NCBI GenBank assembly: GCA_031268535.1
Contig: JAIRXB010000014.1
Coordinates: forward strand, 8,108-72,107
Source: Puniceicoccales bacterium
Lineage (GTDB): Bacteria; Verrucomicrobiota; Verrucomicrobiia; Opitutales; JAIRLM01
DNA: 64,000 nucleotides
Reading direction: 5' to 3'
A model generated the notes under the pieces. The model was not told the DNA's origin, ran no database searches, and saw only the letters and a list, made by a program, of their open reading frames with translations. This document shows, one piece after another, positions 1 to 8,894 of this stretch (position 1 is its first letter; every line of letters starts with the position of its first letter). Made by a program: the position numbers and the translations under genes.

Positions 1-1622
1 AAAAGTTCTGCGCATTCTTCCGCCAACGCCGCCGTTGGTTCGCTCACCGTTGAGTAGTTGTAGCATTCGTCGTAGCCGTTGGCAACCATGTGGGCCGCCG
101 CCGCCAGGGAAAATTTGTGAGCTCCGCCGTCGCGGCGGTCGACGGCATCGAAATTTGGGGCTCCGCCGGCCAATTCGCCGAGCCCGTGGAAGCGGACGAA
201 TTCCTCAACGAGATCAATTGGTTCTCTCACGTCGCGCCTTCGAAATGGCGGCACGGCCACTGACCACCCGCCGTCATTGCGCTGCAACTTGAAATGCAAC
301 CTCTTGAGAGCGCTTTCGATGGCGTCGTCAGATACGGACAACCCAAATTTTTTTCGCACGAAATCGGCGCTTAGGCCTATGGGGAAACTCTTTCGCCCAC
401 TCCATTTTGGGCCCTCAACCGCCTGCGGTCGCGCGCAGGCCCTTCCGCCGCAAATTTCAACGAGCATTTTTACCGCTTTTCTGGCGCAATAGTCCATGGC
501 GTCACCGTCGGTCCCTCTGGCGAAGCGCTGCGACGAATCGCTAACCAGCCCTAACTTTTTCGACGTCATCTGGATCGATGCGCCATCGAAAAGGGCGCAT
601 TCCAGCACAACATTGCGCGTGCTTTCGTCCACTTCTCCGTCAACGCTCCCCATGGTGCCGGCAATGACGAGCGGCCGTTCGCTGTCGCATAAAACTAGCA
701 TGTCGCTTGACAAGACATATTTGCGATGATTTAGGGCGAGAAAGGATTCTCCGTTCACCGCCTGCCCTATGCGCAAAACTTTTCCGCGAATTTTGTCGCT
801 GTCGAAAGCGTGGAGCGGTTGGCCGCAGTCTGCGAGCATCCAATTTGTCACGTCCACCACGTTACTGATGGAGCGCATGCCGATTTTTGCCAGATCGCGC
901 CGCAGCCACTGGGGGCTTGGCCCATTTTGAACGCCGTGAACGCTCCATGCCAACAGCCTGTGGCAGTTGGGGCTTTCTAGCCTTAGGTCGTCCAGCAGGA
1001 AGTTATCTGCGCCGTCCGTCGGAAATTGCACGCCGTCCGGATCGTAGACGTCGTCGCTAAGTGCAAGGGAGAAGTGGGCCGCCAATTCGCGGGCGATGCC
1101 GAGGTGCCCCATGCAGTCGCCACGGTTTGCTCCTACGGACAAATCAAAAATTAAATCACACTCCGGGAAAACTTTGTGCAGTGGAGTGCCAATTGGCCAG
1201 CTCTCTCCAAGCAGCAGAATTCCGTTCCCGCCGCCTTCCAGTTGCAGCTCGTCTCCGCTACAGAGCATTCCCTGGGAAAGTTCTCCCCGCAGCGCGGTGG
1301 CCCCTATGGACGAGCCGTTCGGCAGAGTGCATCCGGGGAGTGCCACCGGCACGCGATCGCCGGCGAAAAAATTATGCGCACCGCAGACGATTTGAAGTGG
1401 CTCATCTTTGCCGACGTCTATGGAGCATATGCGAAGTCGGTCCGCGGAAGGGTGCTGGCGAAATGATATCACTTCGCCGGTCACCAGATTGCTTTGGGGG
1501 AGGCCAAGTCGGCTAACTCCTTCCACTTCAATGCCAAGCGCCGTAAGCGCGTCGCCGATGGCGTCGCCGTCGTCCGGTAGGTGGGGGAGCCAGCGGCGCA
1601 GCCATGCCAGGCTAATTTTCAC
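1..1622 (-). CDS. pheT: Phenylalanine--tRNA ligase beta subunit, N-terminal part; gene continues beyond the left edge
   Basis: Hand translation of the minus strand from a GTG near 1622 gives an uninterrupted reading frame to position 1. It begins VKISLAWLRRWLP... and contains the PheT tRNA-binding domain (VTGEVISFRQHPSADRLRICSIDVGKDEPLQIVCGAHNFFAGDRVPVALPGCTLPNG). It also contains the B3/B4 region (VVDVTNWMLADCGQPLHAFDSDKIRG...NVVLECALFDGASIQ). It is absent from the ORF track, presumably because its stop lies outside the window. Confidence 0.75.
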   Translation of the reverse strand, partial: MKISLAWLRRWLPHLPDDGDAIGDALTALGIEVEGVSRLGLPQSNLVTGEVISFRQHPSADRLRICSIDVGKDEPLQIVCGAHNFFAGDRVPVALPGCTLPNGSSIGATALRGELSQGMLCSGDELQLEGGGNGILLLGESWPIGTPLHKVFPECDLIFDLSVGANRGDCMGHLGIARELAAHFSLALSDDVYDPDGVQFPTDGADNFLLDDLRLESPNCHRLLAWSVHGVQNGPSPQWLRRDLAKIGMRSISNVVDVTNWMLADCGQPLHAFDSDKIRGKVLRIGQAVNGESFLALNHRKYVLSSDMLVLCDSERPLVIAGTMGSVDGEVDESTRNVVLECALFDGASIQMTSKKLGLVSDSSQRFARGTDGDAMDYCARKAVKMLVEICGGRACARPQAVEGPKWSGRKSFPIGLSADFVRKKFGLSVSDDAIESALKRLHFKLQRNDGGWSVAVPPFRRRDVREPIDLVEEFVRFHGLGELAGGAPNFDAVDRRDGGAHKFSLAAAAHMVANGYDECYNYSTVSEPTAALAEECAEL

Positions 1623-3053
1623 GGTGACAATTGGGAAATATTTCCTCAAACGACACAACTAAAATTTATCCATTTACTGCAAGCCGCCAAAATTCATGCT
1701 GCGCCAATGCCTAGGGATTACCTGCAAATTCTTCGCTCCCTTATTGCTATCGGCAGCGTTTCCGCTGACCGGGCGGCCGGTGGCGAATTGGAGAGGGCGG
1801 CCGATTTTTTGGCGGCAGAGCTTTCCGCCATAGGATTTGCGGCGCGCTGCGTGGACGGCTATGGCCCCGCCCCCATTGTTTGGGCCGTCCGCGGTCCGCG
1901 CGCCGCAAAAGTGTCCATCATTATCTACGGCCACTACGACGTGCAGCCGGCGGAACCTCTTGGACTGTGGCAAACGGATCCATTCGCGCTGGAGGAGAGG
2001 GGTGGCCTATTGCTTGGGCGCGGCGCCGCAGACGACAAGGGCCCGCTCGTTGCGGCGCTTGCGGCGCTCTACGACGTTGGGCAACTCGAAAATGTTAAGA
2101 TTACAGTTCTATTTGAAGGGGCCGAGGAAATTGGCAGCGTCGGCTTTGGAGAATTTCTTAGGGATAGCGGCGATCAAATCGATGGCCACGTCGCAGTCGT
2201 CGCCGACGGCGGCTGCCCCGATGAGTCAACGGCTGCGCTCATAACCGGGTTGCGGGGGCTGATTTCGTTTGAGCTGTCCATTCGCACGGCGGAGCGAGAC
2301 ATCCATTCCGGCTACGGCGGCTGCACTCCCAACGCCCTGCATGAGCTAATGAAACTGTGTGGAAAATTTCACGGCGAAGGCGGAGAAGTGGCAATTCCGG
2401 GCTTCTACGATGGAATTCTGGCTCCTGGGCCCGGTGAGATTGAGGCCTTTCGTCTCCTCGATTGCCGCAGGAATTTTCCCGCCGAATTGGGTGTGCGCAG
2501 CCAATTGGAGGTTTTCCGAGATATGCCGCCAAGCGCGGTCCACGGCCTAATGCCGTCTCTGGAGATCAATGGCGCATGGGGCGGCCACTTGGGGTCCGGG
2601 TGCAAAACAATAATTCCGGCGGAAGCGTCCGCTAAATTTACTGTGCGAACCGTTCCCGGACAGAGGCGGGAGCTTTTGGGGGAGTCCGTCGCCGAATTTG
2701 CTAGGGCAAACTGCCCACCCTACGGGTCCGTTGCGCTAAACACCTCCTACGGCGGCAACGCCTACGCCATCGATTGGCCGCACGTTGGGGAAAAATTTTC
2801 TGTGCTCTTCGGCGCCATGGAGCGCTCCATGCGGCTAGAGTTTGGCGGTGAACCGCTGCGGCTGAGGGAGGGAGGCAGCATCGGAGTTGTGGGTGACTTT
2901 AGGGAGCTGCTTGCGGCGGATTCGATTATTTTGGGCATTGTGCCGATTTCGTCGAACATCCACGCCCCGAACGAAAACTGGACGCTTGGAGCCTTTGGGC
3001 GAACGCGCCGCTCACTGGTGAGATTCTTGGAGTTTGCCAACGAATTGCCATAG
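1581..3053 (+). CDS. M20-family metallopeptidase or dipeptidase (ArgE/DapE/Dug1-like)
   Basis: Track ORF of 490 aa. Motifs IIIYGHYDVQPAEPLGLWQTDPF, GRGAADDKGPLVAAL and FEGAEEIGSVGF are typical of M20 peptidases. The true start is probably the internal ATG near 1703 (MPRDYLQILRSL...), because the upstream part overlaps the divergent pheT start. Confidence 0.8.
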   Translation: MGEPAAQPCQANFHGDNWEIFPQTTQLKFIHLLQAAKIHAAPMPRDYLQILRSLIAIGSVSADRAAGGELERAADFLAAELSAIGFAARCVDGYGPAPIVWAVRGPRAAKVSIIIYGHYDVQPAEPLGLWQTDPFALEERGGLLLGRGAADDKGPLVAALAALYDVGQLENVKITVLFEGAEEIGSVGFGEFLRDSGDQIDGHVAVVADGGCPDESTAALITGLRGLISFELSIRTAERDIHSGYGGCTPNALHELMKLCGKFHGEGGEVAIPGFYDGILAPGPGEIEAFRLLDCRRNFPAELGVRSQLEVFRDMPPSAVHGLMPSLEINGAWGGHLGSGCKTIIPAEASAKFTVRTVPGQRRELLGESVAEFARANCPPYGSVALNTSYGGNAYAIDWPHVGEKFSVLFGAMERSMRLEFGGEPLRLREGGSIGVVGDFRELLAADSIILGIVPISSNIHAPNENWTLGAFGRTRRSLVRFLEFANELP

Positions 3054-3070
3054 GCCTTGGGCGCTGCTCC

Positions 3071-3325
3071 CTACTTTTTGTCGTGCGCTGCCGTTGCGCC
3101 GTACGGGTTGTTCCACGTTTGCGCAGGCACATATCTGTTGCCGTACGTGGGTGTGGTGGTGGAGGCGACGCCTGCGCCTATGCTTGCCGATAGGGCTTTC
3201 TTGCGCGTCAGCTCTCTCAGCGCTTGATACGTTGGCGATCCATCATAATTTGGCGGCACATTGGAGTCGCCGTTTGCCGGGCGATTTCCGACTTGGTTGC
3301 CGCTTGCGCTGGAAAGTGCATTCAT
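3071..3325 (-). CDS. Hypothetical small protein (84 aa, Gly/Pro/Tyr/Asn-rich)
   Basis: Track ORF with an AAGGAA motif upstream of the ATG. No recognisable domain. Confidence 0.3.
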   Translation of the reverse strand: MNALSSASGNQVGNRPANGDSNVPPNYDGSPTYQALRELTRKKALSASIGAGVASTTTPTYGNRYVPAQTWNNPYGATAAHDKK

Positions 3326-3372
3326 GATTTTCCTTTTTTTTGCCGAATTGGCGCGACTGGCGAGCTAGTCAC

Positions 3373-3642
3373 CTAGCGGTTTTCGGGCAAGTGAATGCGC
3401 GCAACATATGCAGCTTCGTTCCCATTGGCCAGATTTGTTGCGCCAACCTGGACAGTGACAGCATCAAAAATCTGATGCGCTCTGAACCGCACTGCAAAGT
3501 GGTCACCGATATTGAGTCCGCCTGCGAAAAGCGTTTGCACGTCATTTACAAAACGCATAGTCGCAGGAACCATTCCTCCTCCGTTGCCTGCTTGCTGCTG
3601 GGGAGCTTCGGCTGCCCGTTGGTTTGGTGCTATCGGAATCAT
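3373..3642 (-). CDS. Hypothetical small protein (89 aa)
   Basis: Track ORF downstream of prfA on the same strand, with an AGGA-like motif about 8 nt upstream of the ATG. No recognisable domain. Confidence 0.35.
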   Translation of the reverse strand: MIPIAPNQRAAEAPQQQAGNGGGMVPATMRFVNDVQTLFAGGLNIGDHFAVRFRAHQIFDAVTVQVGATNLANGNEAAYVARIHLPENR

Positions 3643-3789
3643 AAGTTATCCTTTTCTGCAAACTGGCGTCACTGGCTTCATCCAGCGGCGCAACCATTCG
3701 CCATTTGGGTGCCTAGCAAGCCGGCGCCCATCGGTCAAGGGGATAAGTTGTGTAGCACCAACGAATTACGTAACGAATGGGCCAATTGC

Positions 3790-4878
3790 CTAGGGGGATG
3801 GTTTTCCAATTTCCGCCATGCGCGCTTCCATTTCGGCGCGCCGTAGAGCCTCCAAAAGATTGGCCAACTGCCCATCCATTATTTGTGGTAAATTGTGCAG
3901 CGTTAGGCCAATGCGGTGGTCAGTCAGACGATTTTGCGGAAAATTGTAGGTGCGTATGCGCTCCGAACGGTCGCCGCTGCCGATTTGGCTGCGCCTATTG
4001 CTGTCGTACTTTTCCCTTTCTTCGCTGCGGCGCCTTTCCAGCAGCCTCGCGCGGAGCACTTTCGTCGCCTTCACCTTGTTTTTCTGCTGAGATCTTTCGT
4101 CGGCGCATATGACGATCATGCCGGTGGGCTTGTGGAGAATCTGCACGGCAGAATCGGTTGTATTTACTCCCTGTCCGCCTGGGCCGCTGGCTTTGCACAC
4201 CGTAATTTCCAGTTCCTCTGGAGCAATTTGCACGTCAACCTCTTCCGCTTCCGGAAGCACCGCCACCGTCGCAGTGGATGTGTGTATGCGGCCGTTAGCT
4301 TCCGTCACCGGAACGCGCTGTACGCGGTGGACTCCGCTCTCCAACCTGAGTGTGCGATAGGCGTTTTCGCCGCCAATGGAGAAAATTATTTCCCTAAAGC
4401 CGCCACTTTCTGCGCCGCTGGCGCTAAGCAATTCAACGGTCCATGCGGAGCACTCCGCAAGGCGCACGTACATGCGGTAGAGATCCCCAGCAAAAAGTGC
4501 CGCTTCGTCTCCTCCGGTTCCGGCGCGAATTTCAATGACCGTATTGCGCGAATCGTCGGGGTCTTCGGGGGCCATTAGGCCCATCAGGCGAAAGTGTGCA
4601 TCGCCCTCTTCGGCCGAGACGCGTCCAAGCTCTTCCCTGGCGAGAAACTTGATGTCTTCGTCGCAACCTTGGTCCGCCAGGATCGATTCCGCTTCCAGAC
4701 GAGCCTGCTCCAGGGAACGGCAGCGGCCATGGGCCTCCAGAAGCTCTCCAATGCGGCGATGCTCACGCGCCACGGCGGCGGCCCGCCTGCCGTCGCCGTA
4801 GAAAGTTGGCTCAGCCATTTCTTTGGCCAGCTCTCTCTGCCGCTCCACAAAGCGATCAACTGGAGGAATGCTGTCCAT
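3790..4878 (-). CDS. prfA: Peptide chain release factor 1
   Basis: 362 aa. It carries the RF1-specific P-V-T tripeptide (RVQRVPVTEANGRIHTS) and the universal GGQ motif (SGPGGQGVNTTDSAV). Confidence 0.92.
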   Translation of the reverse strand: MDSIPPVDRFVERQRELAKEMAEPTFYGDGRRAAAVAREHRRIGELLEAHGRCRSLEQARLEAESILADQGCDEDIKFLAREELGRVSAEEGDAHFRLMGLMAPEDPDDSRNTVIEIRAGTGGDEAALFAGDLYRMYVRLAECSAWTVELLSASGAESGGFREIIFSIGGENAYRTLRLESGVHRVQRVPVTEANGRIHTSTATVAVLPEAEEVDVQIAPEELEITVCKASGPGGQGVNTTDSAVQILHKPTGMIVICADERSQQKNKVKATKVLRARLLERRRSEEREKYDSNRRSQIGSGDRSERIRTYNFPQNRLTDHRIGLTLHNLPQIMDGQLANLLEALRRAEMEARMAEIGKPSP

Positions 4879-4892
4879 TGGATTGGCGGCGG

Positions 4893-4963
4893 TGCGGATG
4901 GAGGGAGTCGAACCCTCACCTCAAGCTTGGGAAGCTCGCGTATTGCCGCTATACTACACCCGC
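4893..4963 (-). tRNA. tRNA-Gly (anticodon CCC)
   Basis: Reverse complement folds as a cloverleaf. The acceptor stem is GCGGGTG/CATCCGC, the anticodon arm is CGAGC-TTCCCAA-GCTTG, and the T-arm is GGTTCGACTCC. CCA is not encoded. It lies about 15 nt upstream of the prfA start codon on the same strand. Confidence 0.8.
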
Positions 4964-5089
4964 GTCGGCTCTTTCCTGGGGGAGGCGGCGGAGTCGGCAA
5001 GCGCAAAATGGTGCGGATGGCTCAATTTTGCCGAGGCACCGCTGCGCCGATGGCGCAGCTAGAAAAATTTCGAGAGCTAATGTTTTTGC

Positions 5090-6631
5090 GTGCGCCATCT
5101 CAGTTCTCCAGATATACTCCACGCAACCGATATGGCTGATGTGGGATTTAATTTTTTTGGTGGCATCAGATTCAATTTGGTTGATGAGGAATTCTCCAGG
5201 GCGATGCAGTCGCTTAGGGACTCCGTAACGCCGTCCAAAGACATTGCGAGTATTTCCACTGGAAATGTAGCCGACGACGACGAAAGTGTAAATACTTCTG
5301 ATCTCGCCACCTCATTATTTAGAGCTTCAGATGATGTTGGTTGTCTGTTCGTGTGCGATTATGACGCGAAGCTTTCGGCTGGGCAGAAGTTTTTTTACGT
5401 TTTGCTTTTGCTGGTCACATTCGGCTTTTACCAGCGTTCGATCAGGATGGGTACGCAAAGGCTTGTGGAGGCGGTGAAAGCTGGCGGCGCAGCTGATGAT
5501 GTCAGGAGAATTTTGGTCGAAATTTTAGGTGAGAGCAATAGAGGGGCCATTGGCGACATTGTCAAAGATGGCAACATCGAGGCCGTTGTCGAATGCGCCA
5601 ATGTTTCCGGTGCCGTCGCCGTTTTAGGCAACAAGTTCGATTCGCTATTTGTGGCCGCAAACAAAGAAAGTGTAGATGGGACGAAACCAAAATTCAATAG
5701 GGCATTTGAGCTGCTTGCCTTCGCCGCATGCGCAAAGGCCGATAACCTTAGCGAAGCGATTGATGCCGTTGGAGCAGCTGACGACGCGCGGGGAATTGCG
5801 GAAGCGCTAAACAAACTTACGGACGGCGAAGCTCAAGTCTTCAAAGCCAAAGGCGGTGCGGAATGTGATGACCTCGAAGCCCACAAAGCGGAAATAGTTA
5901 ACCTCCTTAAGTTTATCCATGCCGATTTTGAACTCGCAAAAGTAATGGATTGGCGTGCCGCCCGCATTGCAGCGGCCGAAAAGATTTTTAACCTTGCAGA
6001 GTGGAAAAGTTTAGTTGGCAATGCTGGTGCGGATACATATTATGCTGCAGATATCATTCGCAATAGTCGTGGCGCGCATGCGGCCGCGACAGAAATTGCG
6101 GAAAAAATTAAAACTCTCATTGGCGACGGCGGTATTTATGAGGGAAAGTTAGCGTTGAAATCTGCTCCAAATGAAGAATTGGTGGCAGACTCCATTACCG
6201 TAGAGCTGATTATTGAATCCATTGCGGAATATGTGCGTTCGCAATACGAAAAGCTCGCGAAAGAAGATGCCATCCATGATTCTTTCTATTGGAATATCGC
6301 AGGACGTCCCGGCAGTCTTGGAGAGTTTCTTGGTGTGATTGGGCTGACACTAAAGGGTGGAGAGGAAAATGTTCGCACATCCCGTCCCTCGTTGACTGAA
6401 TATATACTTACCTGTGGCGGACCGCTAGTACTTCATGTTTCCAGTTCGTGCGCTAGAGCGATAACTGCAGTGAAAGTAAAAGATGGAAAAACTGCCAAAA
6501 CGCTAATTGATGGTGAAGTGGCCGAAGCGAAAGACAGTGCAAAAAGAGAAGCTGCCGAAGCAATTAAGGCGCTTATGGGGAGGAAGCCTGCAGCCTCTGC
6601 GGAAGCGCCGGAAGAATCTGGAGGTAGCTGA
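5090..6631 (+). CDS. Paralog 1 of an Ala-rich single-pass membrane protein family (about 500 aa); the true start is probably the ATG near 5132 (MADVGFNFFGGIRF...)
   Basis: Track ORF. It shares with the four downstream paralogs the motifs FFGG(I/L)R, SAGQK before a roughly 20-aa hydrophobic helix (FFYVLLLLVTFGFY), AFELLA, LNKL, EYYA, FEGKLAL, ELIxESIAEYVR, LGEFLG and TLGQLIE-like. Confidence 0.8.
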   Translation: MRHLSSPDILHATDMADVGFNFFGGIRFNLVDEEFSRAMQSLRDSVTPSKDIASISTGNVADDDESVNTSDLATSLFRASDDVGCLFVCDYDAKLSAGQKFFYVLLLLVTFGFYQRSIRMGTQRLVEAVKAGGAADDVRRILVEILGESNRGAIGDIVKDGNIEAVVECANVSGAVAVLGNKFDSLFVAANKESVDGTKPKFNRAFELLAFAACAKADNLSEAIDAVGAADDARGIAEALNKLTDGEAQVFKAKGGAECDDLEAHKAEIVNLLKFIHADFELAKVMDWRAARIAAAEKIFNLAEWKSLVGNAGADTYYAADIIRNSRGAHAAATEIAEKIKTLIGDGGIYEGKLALKSAPNEELVADSITVELIIESIAEYVRSQYEKLAKEDAIHDSFYWNIAGRPGSLGEFLGVIGLTLKGGEENVRTSRPSLTEYILTCGGPLVLHVSSSCARAITAVKVKDGKTAKTLIDGEVAEAKDSAKREAAEAIKALMGRKPAASAEAPEESGGS

Positions 6632-6693
6632 TCCTGTTCCGCGGAATGTTCAATCGAAGATTTGCGACGCGCTAGGCCCTAAATGGCGGGCTG

Positions 6694-8325
6694 ATGTTTT
6701 TTCTTCTTGCGTCATCCCGGCTTCATTGTCATACTGCTGCTGAGGAAGTAAAAAATATGAGCATCGGATTAGGATTCATTGGCTCCTTCAGAGCCACTGC
6801 GCTCCAAGCGGAGCTTGGCAAGCTCGTGGGCAAAGTCGAGACAACTGCGACCGGTCTGGGGCACGCTAAAGCAGTGACTACTGGCAGCGCTATAGGTGGT
6901 GGTGCCGAATCCAAAACTGAAAAACTCCTGGATCTTGGCAAAGCGTTGTCTGCGGGCATAGTGGGCGGTGTCGATGACAAATTCGGAAGCGTAAAAACGT
7001 CAGCCGGGCAGAAGCTTTTATTTCTTCTGCTGTCGCTAATTACGTTTGGCGTCCTTCCAATCGTGATTAGGAGCGGTGCGCGCCATGCTGCCGCGGTGAC
7101 GGAAAGAGGCGATGAAACCGCGCTAAAGGATATTTTGGTCAAAGCTTTTGGCGGTGACAATGCCAACAAAATTGCTGACAGTTCATACATCAAGAATGCC
7201 GTCGCATGCGCAAAAGCCTCCTCGGCCGCCATCGCCATATGCAAATCATTGGATAAAGCGTTCGCCGTTGAAGATGGTGGAGCGAGTGAATCTTCTGCGG
7301 ACGCTGGTGGCACTGCAAAGTCCCAAAAACCACCAATGAAAGCGTCTGCAATGTTTATCAAATATGCCTTTTCGACCGCTGAAGATCTTGATGATTTAGC
7401 CGGCAAGACAGCTGACGCTGCGGACGCAGATGCGCTACTGACTATTTTAAATGAAAAACTCGCGGGGGAAGCAACTCAAAAATTCAAGCTTAATGGCGGT
7501 GACGATCAGTCTGAAGGAGAGGGTCTTGGTAAACTTAAAAGCGAGATAGCTAGTTTCATTAAACTTATCTCGGCCAGTTCAAAACTTGCGGAGGCGCTGA
7601 GCCCAGAGGACATGCGCAAAAAAGCGGCCGCGGAAGTCCTTGGGGGTGCAGCGTGGGCGCAAAAGGCCGGTAAAAAAGATGCAGAAGAGTACTATGCGAC
7701 AGTTGCCTCTCGAGATGGCGGAAAATCGGCAAAACGACTGAATGGTGGCGTCAAAGAGATTGCCGACATAATTAATTCGCTACTTGGTGAAGATGGTGTG
7801 TTCGTAGGCAAAATAGCGTATGCTACAAGCCAAAGTGATGCCATAGTCAAAAGCGACGATTCCACTGATCTTACTAATGCATTCAAATCGGCCATTGCGG
7901 AGTTTGTGCGCACGGCCGTTGAGACACATTTGAGGGGAGGCAAAGAACTCAAGGATTTCCGGGCTATCGCCGCTCCCGCTAAAATAGGGGAGCTTCTTGC
8001 TATGCTGGGGCTGGTGGTGATAGGCGGTGAAGACGGCCTTAGCGGGGACGCTGACCTAAGTAAGACTAGTGGCCTAAAAAGGATTGGTGGAAAAGTTGCA
8101 GTCCTTCTCAGTAGGTATGTGGAAATACTAAAAACGGCTAAGGTGGATGAAGAAAAAACGCTTGGGCAGCTAATTGAGGACAAAATAAGCGCAGCAAAAA
8201 AGGGCGCGGAAGATGCGGCCGGTGTTGCGAGGGGGACCTTTATTGAAGCTACTGCTGTCCAGGAGGCTGAGGTGTCACGGGAAGAACCCCAAGAAAAAGA
8301 GCAAGCAGGTCAAGATGATGATTGA
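6694..8325 (+). CDS. Paralog 2 of the Ala-rich membrane protein family; the true start is probably the ATG near 6756 (MSIGLGFIGS...) after a GAGGAAG Shine-Dalgarno sequence
   Basis: Track ORF. Transmembrane segment KTSAGQKLLFLLLSLITFGVLPIVI, plus AWAQKAGKKDAEEYYATVA and TLGQLIED. The upstream in-frame ATG at 6694 lies inside the conserved promoter module and is not in frame in the other copies. Confidence 0.8.
   Translation: MFFLLASSRLHCHTAAEEVKNMSIGLGFIGSFRATALQAELGKLVGKVETTATGLGHAKAVTTGSAIGGGAESKTEKLLDLGKALSAGIVGGVDDKFGSVKTSAGQKLLFLLLSLITFGVLPIVIRSGARHAAAVTERGDETALKDILVKAFGGDNANKIADSSYIKNAVACAKASSAAIAICKSLDKAFAVEDGGASESSADAGGTAKSQKPPMKASAMFIKYAFSTAEDLDDLAGKTADAADADALLTILNEKLAGEATQKFKLNGGDDQSEGEGLGKLKSEIASFIKLISASSKLAEALSPEDMRKKAAAEVLGGAAWAQKAGKKDAEEYYATVASRDGGKSAKRLNGGVKEIADIINSLLGEDGVFVGKIAYATSQSDAIVKSDDSTDLTNAFKSAIAEFVRTAVETHLRGGKELKDFRAIAAPAKIGELLAMLGLVVIGGEDGLSGDADLSKTSGLKRIGGKVAVLLSRYVEILKTAKVDEEKTLGQLIEDKISAAKKGAEDAAGVARGTFIEATAVQEAEVSREEPQEKEQAGQDDD
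6702..6740 (+). promoter_or_regulatory. Conserved promoter-like module upstream of paralog 2 (TTGCGT, 17-nt spacer, TGtCATACT extended -10)
   Basis: The sequence ttcttgcgtcatcccggcttcattgtcatact recurs nearly identically upstream of paralogs 3 and 4. A diverged version (tttgcgtgcgccatctc...atatact) lies upstream of paralog 1. Confidence 0.5.
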
Positions 8326-8415
8326 ACATGATTCCGCTGAAGATTTGCTGCGGCGCTACTAAGCCCTAGGCTATGGACTTGCGGCTGCGCGTAGGCGAAC
8401 TGCGAAGATGCGCTA

Positions 8416-8442
8416 GGCGGGCGACTCCATTGGGCGCCCGCC
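8416..8442 (+). terminator. GC-rich hairpin in the conserved 3' flank of paralog 2, a candidate intrinsic terminator
   Basis: The hairpin ggcgggcg-actccattgg-gcgcccgcc has an 8-9 bp perfect GC stem and is followed by a T-containing tract (gttaaattttcgttttcg). The homologous flank after paralog 3 (about 10540-10570) is more degenerate. Confidence 0.4.
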
Positions 8443-8549
8443 GCGAGTGTTCCTGCCGTTAAATTTTCGTTTTCGCTGCGAATTTTCGTGGAAGCCATTC
8501 GCGCGTGGCTCTGGAAGCCGCCGATTTTTTTGGGAAAGTTCATATAAAT

Positions 8550-8826
8550 ATGGGCGACGGAAGGAAGATTGCGCGTGCCATCGGCAGGAAAATTTTCGAC
8601 CCCATAGGGAATCCAGCCGTCGAGGTTGATGTCGTCCTGCTGGACGAATCTGGAGGTCGCGCCGCCGTCATGTCCGGCGAGCTGGCGTTGTGCGACTAAT
8701 GAGTGCGCGGCGATGGCCAGCAATTTGCCCCAGTGCGCTAGGGCGGCAAAGGTGTGCTTGCCGCCGCGCACATTATAAATGCCGGCGCTGGATATCGCAG
8801 GCCAGGAGCTGGGAGAAAGATTTTTC
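8550..8826 (+). pseudogene. Degenerate 5' fragment of enolase (eno') with its upstream region, copied along with paralog 2
   Basis: It encodes [40 protein letters not shown]..., which is homologous to the start of the real eno at 14405. It carries internal deletions and a premature stop. It ends at the junction ...gaccaggagctg|ggagaaag, where eno would continue with attgatggc. Confidence 0.75.
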
Positions 8827-8840
8827 CGATTTTTGATGTT

Positions 8841-8880
8841 TTTTCTTGCGTCATCCCGGCCTCATTGTCATACTATTCTT
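8841..8880 (+). promoter_or_regulatory. Conserved promoter-like module upstream of paralog 3
   Basis: The sequence ttttcttgcgtcatcccggcctcattgtcatactattcttgaggaattaaaaatATG matches the module upstream of paralog 2 with 17-nt spacing. Confidence 0.5.
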
Positions 8881-8894
8881 GAGGAATTAAAAAT

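Noticed and set aside
3916-4578. 220-aa plus-strand ORF antisense to prfA
   Set aside because: It is an antisense shadow ORF inside a well-supported RF1 gene and shows no motifs.
6694-6755. In-frame upstream ATG extending paralog 2 by 21 aa (MFFLLASSRLHCHTAAEEVKN)
   Set aside because: The extension runs through the conserved promoter module, which is out of frame or closed in the paralog 3 and 4 copies. The downstream ATG has a GAGGAAG Shine-Dalgarno sequence.
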